A stretch of DNA of 20,490 bases from Planctomycetota bacterium (GCA_027001995.1 JALTLO010000141.1:21253-41742); one strand, 5' to 3'. Counted from the stretch's first letter, positions 8,041-16,864 are shown. Made by a program: numbers and translations. The notes: generated by a model not told the origin, from the letters alone.

Positions 8041-8465
8041 TGGACCTTGTCGCCGTTCTACCTGCGGTAGACGCAACCCTCAATTTCGTTGCCTTCTGCC
8101 TGTTGATGCTGGGATATCGCCAAGTCAAAGCCGGCGAAGTTAAAAAACACAAAAAGACGATGCTCATGGCCCTCACGGTCTCGGCGCTCTTTTTGATCTG
8201 CTATTTGACTTATCACGCCCTGGGTGAAGAAAAGAAATTCAGCGGAGAAGGGTTCATCCGCAACATTTACTTCTTCATTCTCATCACCCACATCCCCTTG
8301 GCCGCCCTCATGGTTCCGCCAATCCTATTCTTGGCTCACGCCGGAATCACCGAGCGCATTGAACGCCACAAAAAACTGGCCAAGTTCGTGCTTCCGGTAT
8401 GGATGTATGTATCCGTGACCGGTGTCTTGATCTACTTGCTCTTACATGTGCTGTATGGCGAGTAG
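8040..8465 (+). CDS. DUF420 family membrane protein (CtaM-like oxidase assembly factor)
   Basis: LPAVDATLN, HKKTML, LFLICYLTYH, YFFILITHIPLA, HKKLAK, WMYVSVTGVLIY; TAATG coupling with the SCO gene. Confidence 0.9.
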   Translation: MDLVAVLPAVDATLNFVAFCLLMLGYRQVKAGEVKKHKKTMLMALTVSALFLICYLTYHALGEEKKFSGEGFIRNIYFFILITHIPLAALMVPPILFLAHAGITERIERHKKLAKFVLPVWMYVSVTGVLIYLLLHVLYGE

Positions 8466-8493
8466 GACGTGAGAATCTGGCTTGGGCCGGTTA

Positions 8494-9168
8494 CTACTTG
8501 GCGTGCAAGAACCAAAACAGGCAATACCAAACAACGCCGACGAAATGCCAGTAAAGCATGCAATTGCCGCAGCTGGCTTTGAAATCTTGAAAATCGGCTC
8601 CCGCCCGACCGCGCAAAAAGCATTTTCCCATGAAGAACATGCCCCCCAAGACGTGAAGAACATGGAGAGCGGTAATCATATAGAAGAGCGCGGTGAAATT
8701 GGGGGAACCTTCCAGCACCACCCCAGCTCCGACCAAAGATTTCCACAAGAATACCTGGGACAGGCAAAACCCCAGCCCCAAGACCCAGGTGAGGCCCACC
8801 CGTTTCACCAGCTGAGTACGTTGTTCAGGACGTTTGGCCCCCATGGACCAGAAACCGACCAAGCTCGATGCCAGGATGAAGCAGGTGCTGATCCAAAGAT
8901 CACGGACCAAAGTCGGGGCGTCCGCAGGAGGCCAAGCGCCCGAGTCGCCCCGCAGGATGACTAAGGCCGAGAGAATTCCAGCAAAGAGCATCACCACTGT
9001 GCCGCAGAAGACGACAACTGCTAAGCGGGTGGCGGACACCGGAGGTCCGCTATCATTGGGTTTCTGTGGACCACCCCCTCCACCGCCGCCTCCACCTTCG
9101 CTTGGCGGCCAAGCAACGGGAGGGTCTACGATCTGAGGGTCGTCGAGTATGGCTGATGAACTTGACAT
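8494..9168 (-). CDS. Heme-copper oxidase subunit III family protein (copy A) with Pro/Gly-rich N-terminus
   Basis: MLFAGILSA, WPP, FYMITALHVLHVLGG, YWHFVGVVW; about 5 TM helices; G9 tract at the N-terminus. Confidence 0.88.
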   Translation of the reverse strand: MSSSSAILDDPQIVDPPVAWPPSEGGGGGGGGGPQKPNDSGPPVSATRLAVVVFCGTVVMLFAGILSALVILRGDSGAWPPADAPTLVRDLWISTCFILASSLVGFWSMGAKRPEQRTQLVKRVGLTWVLGLGFCLSQVFLWKSLVGAGVVLEGSPNFTALFYMITALHVLHVLGGMFFMGKCFLRGRAGADFQDFKASCGNCMLYWHFVGVVWYCLFWFLHAK

Positions 9169-9326
9169 GGTCCACCATCATAGCCTCAGATCCCCCTCCT
9201 TGGCAACCCACTGGGGTCATGCGACAATTTGGGTATTCATGCAGTCCTTTGCCTGAAGCCAAATAGCCCCTCTGAATAAAGGCAAGCCGAACCTTGGCAG
9301 TTCTCCCATGATCTCGAATGGCGTCC

Positions 9327-9355
9327 AAAAAAAACGCCGCCCGAGGTGGGCGGCG
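9327..9355 (-). terminator. Rho-independent terminator of the Rieske/cytochrome b/octaheme operon
   Basis: Minus strand CGCCGCCC-ACCTC-GGGCGGCG-T8, about 30 nt after the stop at 9388. Confidence 0.88.
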
Positions 9356-9387
9356 CTTCTAAAGACTTTTGCTAAGCGAAACTTAGA

Positions 9388-12300
9388 TTACTTCGGCGTC
9401 ACAATCGGAACTTCACCAGCGTTATACGCTTCATGCAAGTAACGCATCATCAAGTTGAGATGATCACCCTTGTATGTCTTCAAGTCACCGGTGATCGACG
9501 AAGCCAAGTAGCGCACAAACATACGCTCCTTAATGGAGTCCAATGGAATCTTGAGGGACTTGCCAGTAGCGCTGTCCTTCAAGCGTAACTGCCCCCGCAC
9601 TTCTTTCGGACCGGTTCCCACGATGATGGAACCATCGGTCTTAATAACACGCCATTCTTCTAAGAAGTTAGAAGGCATGTTGGTGCCCGGTAAGAGAGCC
9701 GCAGGATCCGCCAACCAGCGTGACGTCCACTCGGAGCGCAACTTCCGTCCAGCCCACTCCAAGTTAGGAGCGATCACACCTTTTTGAGCCGGATCTCCCG
9801 TTCCGTGGCAACTATTGCAATTCACTTCTTTGAAGACATTTCGTGCCATTTGCAATTCTTGCGCTGTCAATGGAGCTAAGACAGGAGCAACGTAAGGGAT
9901 GGATTGAGAATCCAAAGCGCCAAAGAACTTGACCAAGGTTTGAATCTCACCTTCGCTCATGCGGAAGGTGGGCATCCGAACGTCCAAGTAGTCGCGCAAA
10001 CCGTTGCCATGTAGCTTGGCTTGAGTCTGCGTCGGGTTGCGCAAGAAGTCCGCCAACCATTTTGGATTAGTTCTAAAGCCAATGCCCAACAAAGAAGGTG
10101 GCCTGCTATCGGAGCGCTTGGCCCCTTCATCGGTCTTGCCAACATATTGGGGCAGTGCCCAAAGATCTGGTTCAACTCCAGCTTCAATTTGATGGCAACC
10201 AATGCAGTTGTACTTCTTGACGACCCACCAACCCTTCTGGATGGCCTTGCCCCGCTCGTCTGGGTTATAGCGGAACTCCTCAGGGATCTGAGTTTCCACA
10301 CTGCCTTGGAGGAAGGTCGAGAGAGCCACGATCTCCTTCTCAGACAAACCGAAATCTGGCATCTTGAGACGATCAAGACCATCGGGATCTTCGTAGACCT
10401 TACCCTTGCCGAAAACACCTGGATTCCGAAGCTTCTCTTCGAAGAATGCTTTATGGGTGTAGCGATGGGCCCGCTTGAAACCATGCTCCAAGCGACCAAA
10501 ATCAAGACGTTCTTTTGGCTTCGAACCTTCTTTTGTCAGCTCAGTACCAATGCGGCCCTCGGTTTCATGATCTTTGATCTCATGGCAACCGGAGCAACCG
10601 TAATTGGAAACCAACGCTTTGCCCTGTGCTGCAAATGCTGGATCATTGAGGTTTGCGATTGTCTCGTAATTCACCCCGGAGCCCGTCTTGCTCTTGAGGA
10701 AGGTTGCCACGTTTCTCGCATCTTCCTCTGAGAGTCGAAGATTCGGCATGACGCCGCTGTCTGGCTCCATAATCCACTTGACCAAAAAGTTGTATTCAAC
10801 TTTGTCGCCAACGTAGGAGAGGTCAGTCCCGAAGCCATCGCCAATAGTGACGCCATTATCTTCGATCGTATGACAACCTAAACAACCCCGTTTCTTGAAC
10901 AGAGCCTCACCCATGGTGGCATTGCCTGGAGCATAAGTTCCCACATCCTCACGGATATCGGACTGCTGCCACAAGTACGCCGCAATTTTCATGGCATGCT
11001 CTTTGGCCTGAGCTTCATCCAGATTCTTGAAGAACTGGGGCATTTTCGTCGTTGGACGGAACTCTCTGGGATTGAGCAACCAAGGCAAAAGCCAATCTGG
11101 ACGCACCTTGCTCTTCAAGTTCTTCAGGTTAGGTCCGACTTTTTGCCGCTCTTTCTCCAAGTCCATGCTCTTGGCAACGATTTCGTCACGGCGAGTTTGG
11201 ATACCAGAGATTTGCATGTTCAGCTTGCGCTTGGCATTCAAGTCCCGCTCGCTCTTGAGTGAAACCGCCAAACGGGATTCCTTGTCATCAAGAGTCAAAA
11301 GCTCGCTCTTGATCTTCAAGATCTCTTCGCCTTGAGTGTCAACACCTTCATAACGGTGACAGCCCCAGCATCCTTTGAACTGGAACAAATGGCGAGCTTC
11401 GTTGAAGGCCGAAACTCGTTCGTATTCGACAAGGTTTCCTTTGTCATCCCGAACCCCGTGACCTTTTTCATCCATCTCCACGTAAGGAGAGGGTGTGTAA
11501 TTCAGGTAGATGTCATCTTTGTGGCACTGAATACAACCGGCTTCGAAGCTACCCATCTCTTTTTCAACCGCATCAGGATTGCGTTGAGTCAGTGGGAACA
11601 ACCAGTGGTGGTTCATGCCGTGAGCCAAGTGCTCAGATGTCACCGAGCGTCCGTTACCGTTGTGGCACATGGAGCAGCCGAAACGGCTTGGGTCATGGAT
11701 TTCCAATAAACCCTTGTGGGGATGTGTGGTCCAAACCCCGGCCATTTCCACAGGCTCATCACCAGGCGTGGTTTCATTGATATCCCATTCACGCATGGTG
11801 ACGGGTTCCCTGGCACCAGCGTGGCAGCTTTCGCAACGGTCCACCCAATCAAACTCACCAATGTGAATTTGCAGGATGTCCGTCACACCTTTGCCCTCAG
11901 AACCAAGAAGACCTTTATTGGTCTTCTCCATCAACTTGGCGACGTTCGCGGGCAAAGGGCCATCCAGATTCTTGACGACAAAGTCGTCCAGTTGTTTCTG
12001 TAGAGCACTGGATGGCTTGCTCAAAGCAGCACGCTGGCGATCCAACTTTGATTTGCGAGCCTTGTAAGCATTGAGCTTGGTGGTGATCTCATCAAAGTCG
12101 AGAGACAAGTCTTTGGACTCGCCATCTGTAACCAGGGTGACCGGCAACTTTGTCGCCTTCACGTCAGCCATGAGGCCAAGGATAGTCTCACGGCGTTCGT
12201 CGCTGCGGGCTGTTTCGAGAGAATAACGGTAAGCGCCCAGCTGGGCCCGCGCATTCTTGAAAGCCCCTTGCAAGCTGTCAATGTTGCCCTGTAGTTCCAC

Positions 12301-12618
12301 CAACTCATCAGCGATGGCGGGCACCTTGGCATCCATCGCTTCCTTGGCGGCCTCAAGTTTCTCTTCCAATGCCTTGTAAGCCTTGGAGTCTTTGAGCTTT
12401 GCCAGTTTCTTTTCTTGGGCGGGCTTAAGCACGTCCAAGTAGTTGGAATATACGGTTACGAAATTTTCCTGAATCGCCTTGTATGGGCGGCGTCCAAAGA
12501 ATTCGTCGTATCCTGCCAGGACAACCGATCCCATGAGCACAGCCGACGCCAAAAAGATTGGCAAGCTGAGGGATTTGGTCTGTATTGGGTCCTTGGGGAC
12601 GGGCTGCTTCTCAGCCAT
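9388..12618 (-). CDS. Membrane-anchored octaheme c-type cytochrome (1076 aa) of the Rieske/cytochrome b operon
   Basis: Eight CxxCH motifs (CESCH, CSMCH, CIQCH, CWGCH, CLGCH, CSGCH, CIGCH, CNSCH); N-terminal TM; long helical/coiled-coil segment; repeated GPxL...W...P...MP class-I cytochrome c signatures; AAGGAG upstream. Confidence 0.93.
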   Translation of the reverse strand: MAEKQPVPKDPIQTKSLSLPIFLASAVLMGSVVLAGYDEFFGRRPYKAIQENFVTVYSNYLDVLKPAQEKKLAKLKDSKAYKALEEKLEAAKEAMDAKVPAIADELVELQGNIDSLQGAFKNARAQLGAYRYSLETARSDERRETILGLMADVKATKLPVTLVTDGESKDLSLDFDEITTKLNAYKARKSKLDRQRAALSKPSSALQKQLDDFVVKNLDGPLPANVAKLMEKTNKGLLGSEGKGVTDILQIHIGEFDWVDRCESCHAGAREPVTMREWDINETTPGDEPVEMAGVWTTHPHKGLLEIHDPSRFGCSMCHNGNGRSVTSEHLAHGMNHHWLFPLTQRNPDAVEKEMGSFEAGCIQCHKDDIYLNYTPSPYVEMDEKGHGVRDDKGNLVEYERVSAFNEARHLFQFKGCWGCHRYEGVDTQGEEILKIKSELLTLDDKESRLAVSLKSERDLNAKRKLNMQISGIQTRRDEIVAKSMDLEKERQKVGPNLKNLKSKVRPDWLLPWLLNPREFRPTTKMPQFFKNLDEAQAKEHAMKIAAYLWQQSDIREDVGTYAPGNATMGEALFKKRGCLGCHTIEDNGVTIGDGFGTDLSYVGDKVEYNFLVKWIMEPDSGVMPNLRLSEEDARNVATFLKSKTGSGVNYETIANLNDPAFAAQGKALVSNYGCSGCHEIKDHETEGRIGTELTKEGSKPKERLDFGRLEHGFKRAHRYTHKAFFEEKLRNPGVFGKGKVYEDPDGLDRLKMPDFGLSEKEIVALSTFLQGSVETQIPEEFRYNPDERGKAIQKGWWVVKKYNCIGCHQIEAGVEPDLWALPQYVGKTDEGAKRSDSRPPSLLGIGFRTNPKWLADFLRNPTQTQAKLHGNGLRDYLDVRMPTFRMSEGEIQTLVKFFGALDSQSIPYVAPVLAPLTAQELQMARNVFKEVNCNSCHGTGDPAQKGVIAPNLEWAGRKLRSEWTSRWLADPAALLPGTNMPSNFLEEWRVIKTDGSIIVGTGPKEVRGQLRLKDSATGKSLKIPLDSIKERMFVRYLASSITGDLKTYKGDHLNLMMRYLHEAYNAGEVPIVTPK

Positions 12619-12674
12619 CTGTCGCTCCTTAAATCCTGCTATTGTTCGTTTCGGCCACGGCTATGAACCGTGGG

Positions 12675-13661
12675 TTAAATATTGAACCAAGGGGTTACCC
12701 AAACGTACTTCACGTTAAACGCGAGTCGCAGGATCATTTTGACTGGTAATGACATCATGGTAATCATGAAAATCTGCAGATGAATGTACTGCATGAGACT
12801 CATGCGTGCATACATCGTTGACTTTCGAAACAGGGCATGAAAAATCCCCCCTGCCACCGCACTGTAGGCTAAGCAGACGGCCCCCCCGAAGAGGCCTTTC
12901 CCCATCGCGCTGGTGATGCCGAACATCTCATGAAGATCTACGTTGATTTCGTAGACAACCTTCAAATGATCCCATGTCTCACCAGGATAGAAGAACATCC
13001 ATCCTGGACCTCGCATGAATGTTCCCAAGATGACTAAAGCCACCCATAGGACCAAGAATCCGAAGAGAAAGATAGAAATGGCAAACTTGCGCTGCTTCCA
13101 TGTGTAGTAGCCGTTCCCCATGGGGTTGGGATCGATGTAGGGAATAGCCATCAAGCCACCCACAATGATTCCCGGCAAGATCACCCCAGCAATCCACGGA
13201 TCGAAGTACACCAAAATCTCTTGGAGACCCAAGAAATACCAAGGTGCCTTCGACGGGTTCATGGTTAGGGTCGGATTTGCCGGTGATTCCAAAGGTGCAT
13301 CCAAGAACACCGACCACACAATCAAGAAAGCCGTGACGATAATCGCCGCCAAGAATTCTCGTTTGAGTAGATGGGGCCAGACACTCACGGTCTTGTCCCA
13401 GCTTGGGTGCCAAGGGGCTGTTTTTCTGTGGTGGGTCTTGGCCAAATTCGGATCAGCTTCCAACTGTTCGATCAAACGATCGTTGGCGAAAGCCTGGCGA
13501 AATGCCAGCCACATATAAAAGATCAACAAGACCAGCATGAGGACGATGGGCACGTTGTCTGGCAACGCAATCAAATCCCACAACTGTTGGCCGTCAAATA
13601 TTGCCGGTGGATGAACTTCGAGTTCTGGTTTCATCCCGGACGGTTCACTGAGGAAGAACAT
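12675..13661 (-). CDS. Cytochrome b C-terminal part (subunit IV / QcrC-like) with extra TM segments
   Basis: VWPHLL, APLESPANP, KAPWYFLGLQE (PEWY-equivalent), IPYIDPNP; directly downstream of the cytochrome b6-like gene. Confidence 0.85.
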   Translation of the reverse strand: MFFLSEPSGMKPELEVHPPAIFDGQQLWDLIALPDNVPIVLMLVLLIFYMWLAFRQAFANDRLIEQLEADPNLAKTHHRKTAPWHPSWDKTVSVWPHLLKREFLAAIIVTAFLIVWSVFLDAPLESPANPTLTMNPSKAPWYFLGLQEILVYFDPWIAGVILPGIIVGGLMAIPYIDPNPMGNGYYTWKQRKFAISIFLFGFLVLWVALVILGTFMRGPGWMFFYPGETWDHLKVVYEINVDLHEMFGITSAMGKGLFGGAVCLAYSAVAGGIFHALFRKSTMYARMSLMQYIHLQIFMITMMSLPVKMILRLAFNVKYVWVTPWFNI

Positions 13662-13701
13662 TCAGCCTTCTCTCCCTTAAACAGAATGCCAAAGGCAATC
13701 G

Positions 13702-14556
13702 CTACTTCTTGACTGGTTTCATTTCGCTTTCGAGCATGACAGGAGAAGGGCCAGAAATGGCTCCGTCTTTGCGCACACGCCAGAAGTGAACAATCATCAA
13801 CACACTGGCCATGATGGGGATGGCAATACAGTGCCAGATATAGGCACGGAGCAAAGCATTGGCGTCCACAATGGAGCCACCCAACAAGGCAAAGCGCACG
13901 TCATTGAACGCATTGATTCCGAACTCAGCCGCCAAAGGACCTTCATGCCCCAAGATCGGCGTAGCCCGCGCCATGTTCGTTCCCACGGTGACCGCCCAGA
14001 AACCCAATTGATCATCAGGCAAAAGGTAGCCAGTGAACGACAACAACATGGTGAACAACAACAACTGAACACCGATGGCCCAGTTGAATTCACGAGGGGG
14101 CTTATAGGAACCGGTCATGAAGACACGGAGCATATGGAACCAGGTCGTCATGACCATGGCATGAGCCGCCCACCTGTGCATGTTCCGCAAGATGTTGCCA
14201 AAGGGCACGTCATTCATGATGTAGAGAATGTCGCGAAAGGCCTGCACCTTGGACGGATGATAATAGAACATCAGCAAAACGCCGGTGAGCGTTAGGACAA
14301 TGAACAGATAAAACGTGATACCGCCCATACCCCAAGTGAAGTTGTACCTCACTGCATCTCGGTTGATGCGAGCTGGGTGAAGGTGCAAGAAAACGTTCGA
14401 CAAGACCGCCAAGGAGCGGTTTCTCGGGGAATCGTCAAGCTTGTGCCTAAATACGGATTTCCAAATTTGGCCTTCTTTGAGCTGTTTTTCCAGCTCGGCC
14501 AATTTGTCTTTGTTCGACTTCTTGCCGGAACCTTGGTCTGACTTTGACATGGTCAA
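13702..14556 (-). CDS. Cytochrome b N-terminal part (cytochrome b6 / QcrB-like)
   Basis: TGVLLMFYYHP, RNMHRWAAH...FHMLRVF, YKPPREFNW, FTGYLLP, WH...VHFWRVRK. Start TTG 14556 (GGAGG upstream) or ATG 14550. Confidence 0.93.
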   Translation of the reverse strand: MTMSKSDQGSGKKSNKDKLAELEKQLKEGQIWKSVFRHKLDDSPRNRSLAVLSNVFLHLHPARINRDAVRYNFTWGMGGITFYLFIVLTLTGVLLMFYYHPSKVQAFRDILYIMNDVPFGNILRNMHRWAAHAMVMTTWFHMLRVFMTGSYKPPREFNWAIGVQLLLFTMLLSFTGYLLPDDQLGFWAVTVGTNMARATPILGHEGPLAAEFGINAFNDVRFALLGGSIVDANALLRAYIWHCIAIPIMASVLMIVHFWRVRKDGAISGPSPVMLESEMKPVKK

Positions 14557-14620
14557 TCCCGTCCTCCATTACGGGGTTGGACTCGCTCATTCACGGGCCA
14601 ACTGCAGGTGTTATTAAACC

Positions 14621-15220
14621 TTAAACACCGAGCAACTTAGCACCGGCTGCGTCGAATTTGTCCGCACCATAGAGCTTCAGTTTGTCAACAATAATGGCAC
14701 CGGTGGCATCCAGCTCAACATGGCAACGATCGAGGGGCCGAGGTGCCGGTCCTTCGAAGTTGATGCCGTCCCGGGTGAATCCACTACCATGACATGGACA
14801 TTTGAATTTGTCCTCTGCCTCTTTCCAATCAGGGGTGCAGCCCAAGTGGGTGCATTTCGCAAAGATGACAAATAGTCCCTCTGCGTCCTTCACCACCCAG
14901 ATTCTCTGCCTTGCCTGCCAACTGGTATCCACGCCAATTTCGTAATCGGCTGGAGTCCCAATTGGGAATTTTGTCTTGGGTTCAAACAGCGTCCGTGGGA
15001 AGAAAAACCGCATGAACGCCCCTAATAAGACGAAAAAGAAGCCGCTCATCATCAAACTGACGAAATTACGGCGTTGCTCCCGTGCCATGTCGGCACGCTT
15101 CTCGTCTTCATCATCTTTTACCAAGCGCGCTTTGGGCTTCGTTGGCTTGAGGGCCGCCGCTGCCTGCTGAGGCTTTTCTACCCCATCTGCATTCGCTTGA
15201 TCTTTGTTTTCCTCGGTCAT
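14621..15220 (-). CDS. Rieske [2Fe-2S] subunit of the Rieske/cytochrome b complex
   Basis: RRNFV twin-arginine-like motif plus TM; CTHLGC, CPCHGS, GPAPRPL. Start set at ATG 15220 (GGAG upstream). Confidence 0.95.
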   Translation of the reverse strand: MTEENKDQANADGVEKPQQAAAALKPTKPKARLVKDDEDEKRADMAREQRRNFVSLMMSGFFFVLLGAFMRFFFPRTLFEPKTKFPIGTPADYEIGVDTSWQARQRIWVVKDAEGLFVIFAKCTHLGCTPDWKEAEDKFKCPCHGSGFTRDGINFEGPAPRPLDRCHVELDATGAIIVDKLKLYGADKFDAAGAKLLGV

Positions 15221-15492
15221 CAAATGGCTCCAAGGTCCATCTTTGACCAACTTTTGCGCAATTGTGCGCCAAAGTCGGCAGTTTCATCTATTGCTAAGGC
15301 TCAGGTTAGAAAACACGAAATGCATCTCAACCCGCCGTAGACCACATTCTGTGGCCTTTTAGGTAGTTGGGTCGCGAGTTGCCGACGTTTCCTAACCTGT
15401 TGCCTTGGAATTTACGGAGGATCGGGGCTTTGTGCAACCAGTGAGCTAGGACCTAAATCACTTCTTTCAATAATTCATCTGGCCCAGCGGGA

Positions 15493-15520
15493 TTGCGCCT
15501 GACGCCTGAACGCGTACAAT
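15493..15520 (+). promoter_or_regulatory. Possible sigma70-type promoter for the subunit III/IV operon
   Basis: TTGCGC-16 nt-TACAAT in the divergent intergenic region, about 110 nt upstream of the TTG start. Confidence 0.3.
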
Positions 15521-15628
15521 TGGAGCCACACACCTGCGACAAACTGTCAAGGTAGTTTATTGACGTAGAAATACGATAAGTTAGGTCGCAAGTTACTTAA
15601 ATGTGAACCGGATTGAGGAGGCTGAAAT

Positions 15629-16249
15629 TTGTCTTCAGCAGTTGCAGCTGGCGTAGGAAAAGACGCCCGTGAGTTTTTTGGCATGACACCAGGCAAGTTT
15701 GCCATGTGGAGCTTTATCGCCTCCGATGGCATGGGCTTCGCTGGCCTGTTTGCTGCCTATGCCGCAACCCGCGCCCACGCGGATTGGTGGCCGAATCCAA
15801 ACGACACAGGTGTGCTCAATGTCGACCTGACAGCGCTCAACACCTTCATTCTGATTTGCTCCAGCGTGACCATGGTCTTCGCTCTGCAGGCCTGCAAAGC
15901 GGGCAACCGTAAAGCGCTCAGCGGATGGCTCTTGGCAACGATCTTGGGAGGTTCCGGCTTCCTCGGCATTCAAGTGTACGAATACTATCATTTGGTACAC
16001 GACGGCGTCATTCCTTGGGGCGACAACTTCTCTGCTACCTTCTACTCGCTCACCTGCTATCACGGTTTGCATGTTCTCAGCGGCGTGATCTACCTGACTT
16101 GTATTTGGATCGCATCCCTGCGAGGTCGATACGGACCAGATAACTCGATGCCCATCGAAATCGTCGGACTATTCTGGCATTTCGTCGATCTGGTTTGGAT
16201 TCTTTTGTTTACCTTTGTCTATCTCTTTGAGCCGCTTCCGGCCGGGTAA
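15629..16249 (+). CDS. ctaE: Heme-copper oxidase subunit III family protein (copy B)
   Basis: GAGGAGG then TTG start; GKFAMWSFIASD, NTFILICSSVTM, GIQVYEY, FYSLTCYHGLHV, GLFWHFVDLVW. Confidence 0.9.
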   Translation: MSSAVAAGVGKDAREFFGMTPGKFAMWSFIASDGMGFAGLFAAYAATRAHADWWPNPNDTGVLNVDLTALNTFILICSSVTMVFALQACKAGNRKALSGWLLATILGGSGFLGIQVYEYYHLVHDGVIPWGDNFSATFYSLTCYHGLHVLSGVIYLTCIWIASLRGRYGPDNSMPIEIVGLFWHFVDLVWILLFTFVYLFEPLPAG

Positions 16250-16304
16250 TCAACAGCCTTCAACAACCCCCAATCACGGGTTTCAAACAAAAGGACACGA
16301 GGTG

Positions 16305-16841
16305 ATGAGCAACGCAAAGATTGCAAAACTTGAGGCGAAAGTAAACGAAATCATGGCTAGGCCCACGTATAGCGTGACCCCTGCCTGGCAAGCGGAAGTA
16401 GCCGAAATTCGGGTGCAGGTTGAAGCCATACGCACCGGTCAAGATGTGGAACGTCGAGAATACAACCGCCCCACAATCCATGGGGGGGGCGGTGCCGCTT
16501 TGGCCGCTGCCGGAGGCGCCACGATTGAGGCCGACCATGATGATTCAGATCATCACGCTCCCTACATGGCGATTTTCTTGGCACTGTTGGTTTTGACAGT
16601 TCTGGAATGGAAATGTGATGCTTGGTTTGGCCTGAAGGGCACGACCCTTTGGTCAGCCCTCACCATCATGGCCTTGGTCAAAGCCGTTATGGTGGCCATG
16701 TTCTTCATGCACATGAAGTTCGAACGCAAGACATTCCATCTGCTGGCCATCATTCCCATCGTTTTGATCATTCTGATGTTGGCCTTGGTCTCACCGGACA
16801 CCCACCAACACCTGCTGCAATATCTCCGTTTCCTTCAATAG
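16305..16841 (+). CDS. Cytochrome c oxidase subunit IV family protein with long N-terminal extension
   Basis: YMAIFLALLVLTVLE, ALVKAVMVAMFFMHMKFE; three TM helices; ATG 16305 after GAGG. Confidence 0.88.
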   Translation: MSNAKIAKLEAKVNEIMARPTYSVTPAWQAEVAEIRVQVEAIRTGQDVERREYNRPTIHGGGGAALAAAGGATIEADHDDSDHHAPYMAIFLALLVLTVLEWKCDAWFGLKGTTLWSALTIMALVKAVMVAMFFMHMKFERKTFHLLAIIPIVLIILMLALVSPDTHQHLLQYLRFLQ

Positions 16842-16864
16842 GATCACGAGAAAATTCGAATAGT

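Noticed and set aside
9069..9098. CCA/CCG-rich tract as a possible microsatellite
   Set aside because: It encodes the poly-Gly linker with mixed codons, not a pure slippage repeat.
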